A stretch of 21,426 bases of DNA from Spirogloea muscicola (taxonomy: Eukaryota): positions 242,022 through 263,447 of the forward strand of contig WELB01000031.1 in assembly GCA_009602725.1 (NCBI GenBank), read 5' to 3'. Position 1 is the first letter of the stretch; every line of letters begins with the position of its first letter. Made by a program: the position numbers and the translations under genes. This document shows, one piece after another, positions 1-10,200 of the stretch. The notes under the pieces were generated by a model. That model saw nothing but the letters and a program-made list of their open reading frames with translations, was not told where the DNA came from and made no database searches.

Positions 1-4
1 TCGC

Positions 5-60
5 CGAGAAGGGGGCCAGGGGAAGCGAGTGAAAGCTAGCCCGAAAGTGGACCAGGTGTG
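5..60 (-). repeat. CRE-derived 3' UTR fragment (cut by window edge)
   Basis: CGAGAAGGGGGCCAGGG matches 664-680, 11934-11950 and 17807-17822. The following GAAAGCTAGCCC..GGACCAGG parallels 11967-11997. Confidence 0.6.
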
Positions 61-180
61 AAGGGGGCGACGAAAGCGCCAAATACACCGCTGCGCAGGT
101 GCCGACTTCGCGTAACTCGCGCGCTCGCAGCTGGCGGCGGCGGGACTGGCAGAGCCCGTCGGCGGCCGGTAGCGGCGGGG

Positions 181-290
181 CGGGTGGCTGGGCAGCCTCG
201 GGCAAGGAAATCACAGAGGGAAGATCACAGATCTTCCAGTAGAGGGGCGATGGCTACGAGTGGCCAGCCAATGAAGAACAACGATAAGAC
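181..290 (-). repeat. Repeat fragment, family D (probable retrotransposon 3' UTR)
   Basis: Reverse complement GGCTGGCCACTCGTAGCCATCGCCCCTCTACTGGAAGA...CCCAGCCACC is colinear with 15959-15988 joined to 16149-16207. Contains a perfect 8-bp hairpin GGAAGATC-ACA-GATCTTCC (219-237). Confidence 0.6.
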
Positions 291-587
291 TCGGAGTGGA
301 GAAAGTTGAATGGAAGGGGCTGCTGACATCGACAAGAAAGAAAGAGGCGGCTGTGAGGTGCAGAGATGCAAGAGGCGGCTGTGGGGGGTGGTCGGGCGGG
401 GGGCTGCGCGGCGCTGGGGCCGCGCGATGGGCCTGAACGCGAGCGCCCGCCCGTGATGCCACGCGGATGTCGGCCTCAGTGAACACCGCCCCCAAGTGGC
501 CGGCCAGATGCCGCTGGCCGCGGGGGGTTGGTGGAGGTCTATGGACTGAAGGAGCAGGGCACGCGAGCCGGGAGTCGCTCCAGTGCT

Positions 588-712
588 CAAGAAAAAGAAG
601 AAAGTGCTCGCCCATTGAGAATAGGGGCTGGAACAACCAGCCCGAAAAAGAATGAACAGAGTACGAGAAGGGGGCCAGGGGAAGCGCTAAGAAACAGAAA
701 CAAGAAAAAGCT
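588..712 (-). mobile_element. CRE family A, 3' UTR-only copy
   Basis: Aligns with 17741-17850 (3' UTR of the long element), including GCTCGCCC, the GGGCTGG/CCAGCCC hairpin (625-643) and a TTC-rich tail. Confidence 0.85.
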
Positions 713-1002
713 CGCCCAAGGCGCTGCGGGGGCGTACGCCCCGTCCGGGTTGTGTCATCTAGGGCCGGCGGCGACGGCGCGGGGCGGGGGGTGCCGGTCG
801 GGCGCCGGCCGGACCCGCCGGCGGCCCGCCACCCCGGACCCCACGCCGCGTTCCTCCCGGCAAGCGATGCTTGCTCCCGCCGCCCATTGCTTTAGATGAG
901 CGCACTCCTCTCCGCGCCTTTCGGCCCTGTGGGCCTTGTTCATTCTACGGCCATTCTTTGGGGCATTTGCTTCTGTCCCTGGGCTGACCTCACAGCGGAA
1001 TG

Positions 1003-1495
1003 ACAGTGCTCGCCCATAGAGAAGAGGAGCTGGCAAAGCCAGCCCAAAAAGTATAGACAATGTCCAAAGCCAAAGAAAGAGGTGCCGAAATATGACTACA
1101 CTACAAAACACGACAAAACACAAGATGATACGAGGGAAGCTCAGTATTCGCGAGTGAGCAACATCAGGTCGGTTTAGCTCGCTGCAGGGAAAGAGGCACA
1201 CCGCGGAGACCCAGAGGCGGCGGCCATAGCACGGCCTGCTCGCGAGTGGACGGCGTGGGCATGGGAGCGTTGCAACGGTACCGCCAGGCGCATTTGGAAG
1301 ACTTGTACGAGCGAACCGGCGGCGTGGAAGCCGGGCATCACCCTGGCCGCCAGTCAATGGCCTGACGGGCAAGCCGCTGGAGGAGATCCAGCCAGCGGCT
1401 GCCAAAAGCCCCGTGTACGTCAATCGCCAGGGCCGCGAATTCGGCACCAGCCGGGTGATCGGCATATTTGCGTTCCTTGCCCCGGGCCGCCAGGC
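1003..1495 (-). mobile_element. CRE family B, 5'-truncated copy (endonuclease C-terminus + 3' UTR)
   Basis: Minus-strand translation with frameshifts: KERKYADHPAGAEFAALAIDVHGAFGSRWLDLLQRLARQAI...QVFQMRLAVPLQRSHAHAVHSRAGRAMAAASGS...DLMLLTREY*, homologous to 17874-18220. The UTR matches 16960-17100. Confidence 0.85.
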
Positions 1496-1513
1496 GGAAG
1501 CTAAGCTGTCAAT

Positions 1514-1580
1514 GTGGAAGAGCTGTTTCTCTGTGTGCACCTGGCTGGCTTTTCCAGCGCATGGGCGCGCACTGACTTTC
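1514..1580 (+). repeat. Short CRE-type 3' terminus, plus orientation
   Basis: TGGAAGAGCTGTTTCTC...GGCTGGCTTTTCCAGC..ATGGGCGCGCACT resembles the shared terminal hairpin + GGGCGAGC motif. Confidence 0.55.
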
Positions 1581-1605
1581 TTGTTCCAGGCGCGCTTCTG
1601 CTATC

Positions 1606-1762
1606 AGAAGAAGAAGGGCTCGCCCATTGAGGATGGGGGCTGGAAAAAGCCAGCCCAGAGAAGAATGAACAAAGGAGGGGCCAGGGGAAGCACGAGAAGA
1701 GACAGAGCAGCTACGAAGCACTCAGTGAAACCCCTGCTAAGCAGCCTCAGGTCAGAGAGAGA
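1606..1762 (-). mobile_element. CRE family A, last codons + 3' UTR
   Basis: Reverse complement reads LSDLRLLSRG(F), then a UTR like 17741-17873. Hairpin at 1637-1656; tail CTTCTTCTTC. Confidence 0.85.
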
Positions 1763-1850
1763 TCGGCAGCCGCCCAGGCCGCCGCCGCCGACGGCTCCAG
1801 CAAGCTTGCGTGCTCATTGAAGTCCGCCGCTTCCCCTCCCCCAATGGGAG

Positions 1851-4155
1851 ATGGCCGCGCCCCCCCCCCCGCCGCGCCGCCCGGAGCCCGCGGCCGCGCC
1901 TTCGCCGCGCTCGCCGCCGNNNNNNNNNNNNNNNNNNNNNNNNNNNNNNNNNNNNNNNCCCCGCCGCGGGCGACGCCGGCGGCGGCGGCGGCGAGCTCGC
2001 GGCGGCGGTGTCGGCGGGGCGCCTGCGCCGGGTTCTCCGCGACGCGGACCCCGACGACTGGCAGCTGGCGCCGCTGACGAAGCCCGACGACGAGGACCTG
2101 GAGCCGATGGAGCAGCGCGACCAGGACGGCAAGCTGCGGCCCTACCAGTGGGCGCCCATCTTCCAGCTCGAGCACTCACCGAACGCCCACAAGCCCAACT
2201 GGCGCGTGCCCGACAGCATGTCCGGCAAGTACGCCTTCATCAAGCTGGACGGTGTCCGCACCTTCAACGCCGCCGACGCCGCCAACGTCAGCTCGCGCCC
2301 CCATGCCTCCTCCACCCGTTCCATTGTACCTGTGGCGGCTGCCACCACCACCTTCTTCGCCGCCGCCGCTGCCATCCAGGCAAGCTGACTCCCCAACAAC
2401 GGCCTCTGAGTGACGGCATCCTCATTGGGAGCCGGCTCTGGCTTTGGCGCGCCTGGTGCAGCTGCTGGCGGGCAAGCGGCTTGCCTTCGTGGGCGACTCC
2501 CTGTCGCACTTGGACATGTTCATTGTGCAAAAGTACGAGTACGAGAGGTTTGTCACCCAGGTCGACCGCCGGTAAGCTGCTCGGACCCTTTCTTCACCCT
2601 TCATGATTCCCACCCGCCTCTGATAACCCAGGACGGACCTCTCCTAAGACCGCAAGCAAGGCGCAGAATGCAAGGTCGAACGCTCTATCGGAAAGCAAGG
2701 TTGAACGCCTTGATTGCACGGTCCATCTTGCATTTGGGGGTGACGGTGGGGGTTTGGTCCTGGCTGCACCACACAGCCGAGAGATCATCTTGAGGAAGAT
2801 CCGCGCGCTGGCCTGGGCAGCAAGTTGAGCACACATCCACTGTGCTTGACACTCTTCTGACTGTGCGGCAGATACTACTTAATGGCACGCTTGAGGAGAC
2901 CATGGAGGAAGCTGTGAAAAGGCTCGTGGCAATCGACTACTATGATCCTGAGCGTTGCAAGCTACTGGACAACTACTGCCACTCGTGGATTGATTCCTTA
3001 TGCTGGGAGGCCCCTTCAAGAACCTGACGTTGAGCTACTACAGGAGTGAGTGGCCTGAGCGAATGTCCCTTTGACTTTGTGCTAGCTATGTGATGCATCG
3101 ATGGCATCTTTGATGGCCCATCAAAGTACCCGGCGCCGGGCATCAGTGTCTTCCGCCGCCGGTGACTTGTCAGGAGTATCTCTGCCACCCTCAAAAGCCC
3201 CGCTGCGTGTCTATTTGCTCAACACGCATGGCGTCTGTGTGCAGCGTATCGACTTCCCCATCGAAAGATGAAGGCGAGCCGCTATGTTTTGTGGCCATCC
3301 ATCGTCGACTATATTTCAATGACTCTGGTGTGGTGCGTCCATCTGCCCAGTCTGACGAGCAAGAAGAGAGGCTGCTCACGGTTGCAGCTCAGTGCATTCT
3401 GGTCCTGACCATGTATTTGCCATGGATGCAGGTTGTTGCAAATCTTGGTCTCCACTATGGGAAGGAGAAGTTGGAGTGGTAAAAGACCGACCTCACAGAC
3501 CTCGGCAATCGGCTGGAAGCAATGAACAAGGTGCCAGGGAAGATGGAAATCTTCAAGGAGACCTCTCTTCAGCACTTCTACAGCGCCATTGGCAGCGGGG
3601 CTTATGACCCCAAGGGTGGTCACACAGAGAAGCTCAGCACATGTTACCCAGCCCCCAACATCTATCAGCAGGTAAGCTTAAGTCCCCAGCCCCTTGAGAA
3701 AATAGAGTGCCAAATAGGGGGCACTTGGCTGCAACTACTCAGCAATGTCTATAGTGCGCATGCATCCAATGATTAGGTTTGGACAGCCTTGCCTGTCACA
3801 AGGGGCCCCTTATATCCGACATAGCATCAGGTGACCGTAAACTGGCTAGCTCGTTGATGATTGTGGACTGAGCTTACTTGATCTCAACATTGCTGCGTGC
3901 AGCTTTTGGAGGCATCACATCATGGAGTCGAGTGCTGGGCCCAGGGAAATACCCATCATGGAGGGCTTTTGGTTGCAGAACATGCACAACTTCCACTTTG
4001 CCAATAATGATCCAGGAAGAAAGCGTGATTGCACGTACTTTGCTTTTGCTGTAGAGTGGCGGTTGCCGCTGTTTGACTCCTTTTTCAGGACCCTAAGAAC
4101 CTTGGGATGCAGCCGGCACTTAATGACTGAGGCATATTGCCAGCCCTCCATGTGA
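1851..4155 (+). pseudogene. TBL / PC-esterase (SGNH-like) polysaccharide O-acetyltransferase homolog, apparently disrupted
   Basis: Splicing 2286|2462 (GT..AG) gives VRTFNAADAAN-LLAGKRLAFVGDSL, the typical TBL 'RF....L.GKRLxFVGDSL' motif (GDS at 2492-2500). Exon 3432-3671 has VVANLGLHY and IFKETSLQHF. The last exon has RDCTYF at the DxxH position (4027-4038). In-frame TAA at 3480-3482; internal exon phases could not be reconciled. The start codon is uncertain because of the N gap. Confidence 0.65.
1920..1958. other. Assembly gap (N run)
   Basis: Run of N inside a very GC-rich first exon. Confidence 1.
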
Positions 4156-4449
4156 CGAGCACTGCTAGTGCCCCTGTGTATTGTTGTGTGGCTTTAGCCA
4201 GCCATTTAAGCCTATTGTTTGTGCCTTCCAGGTGCGCTGAGTAGGCATCCTCCCGTCTCGTACATGAGAACCCTTTTTGTAGTTGAGCTAATCGTTTCTG
4301 AGGGCCTGCCTGAGGGACCGGCCTCTCACAAACCCCACTCGGACAGATCTGCACTTAATCACTGATGAAGCATCCAACGCTGTGAAGTCCAACGTAGCTA
4401 GCAGCACGGTTGCTCTTCAGAGTCATTGGTGTTCTGCCACGTGGTAACA

Positions 4450-6050
4450 ACCTTGCCCGCTGCATGCGTGCTGGTGTCGATGTTGAGGAGGTACTTGTGT
4501 CCAGAAGCTGGACCAAAGTACGAATGCTGACTGGAAGCGCATCGGAAGCACAGGCGTGACCTCAAACAGGGAGTAGCTTTAAAGTAAGACGACTCCCTTT
4601 GTTAGGACAATGACAGGACCACAGAGCTTGGTGTGTTTTGTTATGGTTGAAGCCTCGACAGAACGCAGTGTGTCGATGCAATGCAGCATCCCCGCTTCTT
4701 CTGATCTGGCTACCTCTACCGATGGATGTAAGCTGCTGCTGGCATGCTCTATCTAATTCAGTGCTTGAAGTGGTGAGCTCCAGGTTACCATGTACCAAAT
4801 CACATAAACGTCGTGGTATCGGGTAGGCCCGCTGGGTATCACCCACAGAACACGTGGAGACCAACGTGAGAATGGCCACATGTGACCGCGCCGAGGATCA
4901 TGTGAGATTTTGATGACTTGCCACCTGGAAGCATCACGGGTCCTTAAGAGACCTTCCACCTACAGGACATTACACAGCGATAGACTGCACCGGCCCCGCT
5001 TGTGGGCCGGCTTAAGTCTTGCCAGGCGCCACCACGTGGACGCTATCATAGGCCATGATGCTATTTCAGGACGAGGTTGACGGCCTCGAGCGCGGGGAGA
5101 ATGTGCACGATCTGCCGCGTCCTGAATGCAAGCGTTAACACGAGTGTAAGCGCCCATACAGGCCGGCAGGCTACACATTTGAGCTCTACGCCGAAGCCCT
5201 GCAGCTTACAAGATCATGCAAGTAGTGCGTCCCCTTTCTCGCAAGACTTTTCTGACCCAGCATTTGTCAACTTCATCGGGCCAGCCATTGATGGCAGTGC
5301 CATGCCATCTGATGTTGACTGCCATGCAACGTCGATAGCTCAGTCGCCAAAGACAATGTCACAAACTACATCTTCTGCATGGAAGGCAACGAAACAAAGT
5401 GCAGGAGCAGTATCACAAGGGAATGCCTTGCACTGGACCAGCACAAGATACATGCCATACAGCAGGAACATATGATATGGTGCACTTCACGGAGTTGTCC
5501 CAGATAAGAGAAATTGGACAAGTCAATGAAAGCGAATACAATCAGTAGATCTCGGTCACAAGCAAGATCCAACGATATACTTATACTACTTGGTCAGGAC
5601 GTTACTGCCACGGGAAAGACGGCTTGATGGACGGAGCCAGTCGTGGTAGAACCGTCAGTGGTAGACAGTTAATGTAGACCTTTAAGGGCCGTGGACGGGC
5701 TCATGACAGGCTGTTTGCGGGGGACTGTCAACGACCATTCTGTTGTCTGGAGGTTCTTGTAGCCCGGAGGGCTAGGAGGGCTACATAGTGAATATGGAGA
5801 TAAGGGGGCCAGGATGGGTTCCTTAACCACAGCCGGGCACCTCTTGGCACAGTTGCTCATGTGCCGCTCGACCCCATCCACTGACTGCTGCAACTATTCC
5901 TGCAATGCCGCTGCACGCCTGGGCCTGGTGATTTGGTCGTCCTCCTCACATTGTATCTCAAACACAAGCAGACCTTATGACAAGCAGCAGTCAGGGTCAC
6001 AAGATAGGCGACCAAGTCCTCTCCCAATTTATGGTTGCCACTTCTGTACA
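4450..6050 (-). pseudogene. Heavily decayed multi-exon gene, possibly glycosyltransferase-like (GT90 or GT47)
   Basis: Several plausible splice acceptors/donors on the minus strand. Broken peptides in order: LKVYI..LP..RFYHDWL (~5690-5635), DLLIVFAFID (~5550), CDIVFGD*A (~5360), TAFCRG (~4665), HKYLLNID (~4495). Many stops and frameshifts, so the identity is tentative. Confidence 0.25.
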
Positions 6051-7021
6051 GACGTGTGTGGTGCTTTCTTGCCCCTAGGACCATGTCTCTTCCTATTAGT
6101 CTGGCCTCTCACAGCCACTGCCCCTTTGACAAAGTTTCTTCTTATCAAAGAGCTTACAAGTACGCACTGAAGGGGCAAGACCCCAGCGCTTCAGTATCTG
6201 CATATTGGCCAAGCCCAGCAAGTGTATTAATTTTGTACGAGCAAAGCTTTTCTGAAACAGTCAACCAAATTCAACGACTTTTTTTCTGAATATAGCATAG
6301 CAGCAGCCAACTTCACAAAGGTGATCACTTTCCGCTGCTGCATTTGGAAATTGATGGCCAGTTCACATTCCCTAAATGTTAGCCTTAGTAGTCCTCACTA
6401 GTAGCCATTTAAGGATAATGTGCAGGCCATGGCTTGCTGTTAGCCGTGCATCAGTATAAGCAGTTGTGTTATATTCTCCTGCAAGGGCGCGACTCTGCAC
6501 AAGAGGACAAGAGGACAAGAGGCCCGAGCTGCAGGTGGGGTAGCACCACCCAGGACCACAGCTGCCCTTCAGGGAGTGAGGTCGCACTTTCGCATGCGAG
6601 AGAGAGAGAGAAGATACATTTGGCCTTTAGATTCAAATATCCATTTGTTTCAACTCTCACGCAAGAGGTTAGCCACCCATCGATATTCAAGCGGAATTCC
6701 AAAGACCGATACAATGTACTGATGCTGCTGCATGTCAATGGGCAGTACTTGGCAAGAAATACAAAGCCGGATTGGCAATGTAATGGAGCAGGAAATGGCT
6801 TATCATCATTTAAAATGTATGAATACTGTGTATTCTGTCCTGCACAGTTGTGGACCAAAATTGGCATCTGTTTAGCAATTGCTACAACAGATGCATATGA
6901 ACATGCAAATAAATCAAAGAATGTGGGACATCTGCCTGTGAACATGGGTAGACGCCAAGTAACCATGTTCCAAGCTCTTGCCTTGAGGTTTTAGCCTCTG
7001 TGCTATGTTATGTAGATTTTT

Positions 7022-7078
7022 AGATGTGCTTGCCTTTGTACCTGGCCATTTGGCCTACATTTCTTTCTAATACACGAT
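7022..7078 (+). repeat. CRE family C 3' UTR fragment
   Basis: ATGTGCTTGCCTTTGTACCTGGCCA...CTAATACACG aligns with 17658-17711 ATGTGCTTGCCTTCGTACTTGGCCA...TTAACACACG. Confidence 0.55.
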
Positions 7079-7278
7079 CTTTTTTTGTGCTAGGAAGGAA
7101 AAAGGTAAAGGAATACACAACGCATTTTGTGGCAGACAAGTGCATCCGACACATAGACAGCAGGGTAGACAAGGTAACTGAACCCTGCCCGAAGAGCGAT
7201 CGCAAGTGATTGTTGTACTAAGAGAGGTCAACAATCACTAATTGTGCAAATTGTGGTAGTGACAAGCAATCTACTCCC

Positions 7279-10200
7279 TCAACTCACAACGCCGGGTTGA
7301 CCGGGACGAGGAGGACCAAGAGGAGGAGGAAGAGCATTGCCGTCTGCATCCAGCAGGCGGATGCCGGACTGGGGTAGGTCGAAGCAGTATATCTTAAGCT
7401 CGGTCATGGTGTCCCGCAAGAAAGTCATGAGCTCAGAACGTCGAGCATAGCGGGCTGATGCATCGTGATGATTGGCGGTGTGGCGGAACCAGAGGCTGAG
7501 CTTCAGCTTGTCCATATCGATCAGGTTCTGGTAGACCAACACAGGAGCCGGGTGGAAAGATCCACGGTGTGCCTCAAAGTATCTGAAGTGACATCAAGTC
7601 CAGACATCAAGTCCATCAATCGAGGCCCTTGTCATTGCAGGATCCCTTTGCTCTTGTAGTCACATGCAGGCATGTGTGAGAAGGGACAACGTTGATGGGC
7701 CAAGGGAAGATGTGCGCCAGCCACGCGCATGTACAGAATGATGCATCAAGTACTCACTAACAGTGCTGCAAATTTAAGAACATACCCGTTGATGCGGGTT
7801 TTAAGCTCCGCGATCAGAGAGGTGGCTGTCGATGCGGCCACAGTGAAGTCAAACGAATCGCCCTGGTCAGGACTGCGGTAGTAGTTATAGATAGGTTTGG
7901 TCGATAATGCCGAATTAGGTATCCAAACCTTGGAGTTGTCGCTGGACAAGAAGACTGTAGTAAGCACATTCATCTCTTCGACCACAAACTGCACGCGCAG
8001 TAGATAAAGAGGATGTCAGGAGAGGAGCTACTCTGGCAGAGAGGGGTGTGGAGAGAGGGTTGTGAACAGCAAGCCACCAACAAGGAGTCAGACAGCCTCT
8101 CGTGCAAAGCTTCATATACTGAGCATGCACTGAATATGCCAGAGAGCAGGGTGCCCCTGCCTTCACACCTCCTTGTCATCAATGATGCAGCGGTCGCCAA
8201 TGTCAAAGGGGTGCATGACGAACAAGAAGACGCAAGCCTCGAACACTGTCTTGGCCATGTTGCCAAAGATGAAGACCACCAGCAGCAGTTGTGAGGACAC
8301 GAGCACCAGGAGGTGAGTGGTGGCAATGCCCAGTCGTAACATCCAGATGATGATGATAAGTATCCATGTTACTACGTTGAGAATGCCATTCAACTTCTTC
8401 ACTGCTGTGCGCGAGTCGGAGAGCGACAAAGCCAGGGCCTTGCGCTCTCGGTAAACTCCCACCTGTGGAACAATGAGTGGGGATCATGATCACAGTGCAG
8501 TATGCAATGTGCTCCAATCAGCTAAAAGAACAGCTCGCTCCCAGCACATCTGCCCAACTATTAGGGGTGACTAGCAGCCAGTATCAAAGCCCTTCTCAAT
8601 GTTGTTGGTGAAAGTAGCAGAGATGCGTTACCACCCATTTCTTGAGGGTCTTCCTCGTGATGGCCCCAGTGTCCATGGCTCCTTCGAATAGGGACCACGC
8701 TCGAACAAGCTCCTCACCATCCAGAAAGCGAGCAAAGTCATCCTCCGTGATGTTCCTGCAGTGCCATTGAGCACATCAGACAGACATGATCATTGCTGTC
8801 CTACTGCGGCAAGAGTGTTCCCACTTGCATGATCACGTCTGCACGAGCTGCAGCCAACCACAGGGTGAAGTGGCATTGTAGCACTGAGTCTCAGGTATCC
8901 AGGAACCTCACTCAATACAAGTAACATCATTTTGGCTACATGAGATGCAGCTGTGCCTCTTCGCGAACCTGGCACCAGGCTTGGCCACATTGGCAAAGAT
9001 TGTCCTTGCTGCACTTTTGGCTTCCAACTCGGAGCGAATGCTGGAGTCCTTGGTGTCATCGTCCTCCTGTGCAGCGGCCACTGCTGTATCCAGCGTAGTT
9101 GGCAATGTACCGCCAGCTGCAGCTGTGGACACCGTCACTCCTTGTGTGTGCACCCAGCGCATCATGCGGCGCATGTTGAAGGCGCTCACGTTGTCCGGCC
9201 GCATGCGCTGCACCTTCATCATAGGGATTTCGCGACCCCGCATCTTTCCATCCACCAGCAAGCCGCTGCGCCTCCCGCTTGCGCCTGCAGCCCCCTTGGA
9301 GGCTCCCAGCAAGCCTCCACTGGCAAGCCGTCCCTCATCTGTCGCCCTTTTTGGAGCTTCCCCTACAAAAAGTTGAGAATTGACAACGATGAGAGCCCTG
9401 CTGTGTGCACAGCAGCAGGCACCATGCATCCATGTCGGTTCTCTGCACCCTGACAGGTGATATCCTCTCTTTGGTCGTGCTGCTTTTCCAATTCCGCATT
9501 GCTTTTCCAATTCCGCATTGAAGACACTTGGACAGGAGACAACCATGACGAGGCTAGTGATGCACTAGGACATTTGACCTGCCCAAGATTCTGTCCCAGA
9601 GGAGGCCTTTGACAGGGAGCACTTTTGAGGCTACCTTGACTGAATGGGAAGTCCTCGTACTCAAACATGGGCTGGTCCTCATCCTCGTAGATTGGAGGCC
9701 CAGACAGGGCCTCAAGGACATGCTGTGCAAAGAGGCCCTCTTGGATGCGCTCGAAGAAGTTGCGGACGTGGAAGCGGCTGGCCATGACTTTCACAGCGAG
9801 GGTCTTGATGAGGATGATTGATGCAGCGATGAAGAGGCAGTCCAAAATCTGTGCGTGTGACATGGAGCGGATCAGCGCTACACGATCAGGTATCAGACAG
9901 AGTCACTGGCGCTTGGTAAAGCCAGGTGATAAGGGGGCCTCTGCGATGGCCCTCCATCAAGAGGCCATGGGGGGGGGGGGGGGGTTGAAGGGGGAAGAGG
10001 GGTATAGGGGCTCCTCTTGGTGAGACATGCCAGACCTTGGAGATGACATTGAGCGCATCCTTCTCCGCTTTGGTGCGCTCAGCCCTGGGGTCAAGGATGA
10101 GGTGCCAGGCCAGCAGGACGAAGCCCAGCCACACAGTGTTCTGCACGCTCGAGCGCAGTCCGTAGACAAAGTAGAGCACGCGCTTGCGCATGAGGTAGTT

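Noticed and set aside
755..1540. 261-aa minus-strand ORF as a gene
   Set aside because: Off-frame read through a CRE family B fragment and its UTR.
3480..3482. In-frame TAA as evidence of a TAR-to-Gln alternative genetic code
   Set aside because: ARPC1 ends at TAG at the expected position, neither intact gene has an internal TAA/TAG, and the TBL-like gene shows other lesions. Pseudogenisation is simpler.
4362..4390. CTGATGA hammerhead-ribozyme core (also at ~13266 and ~13315)
   Set aside because: No properly placed stem II plus GAAA, and no stems I/III. No HDV-like ribozyme could be folded by eye at the element's 5' end either.
6469..6966. HNCAGQN resembling the DNC.GQNKN motif of some DNA transposases
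   Set aside because: Only a short match, lacking the Asp and KN residues; no supporting motifs, terminal inverted repeats or target-site duplication were seen.
9968..9984. Poly-G run in MSL intron 2 (also the (GA)n run at ~6598-6612 and the AAGAGGAC repeat at ~6501-6522)
   Set aside because: Ordinary low-complexity tracts with no evidence of function.
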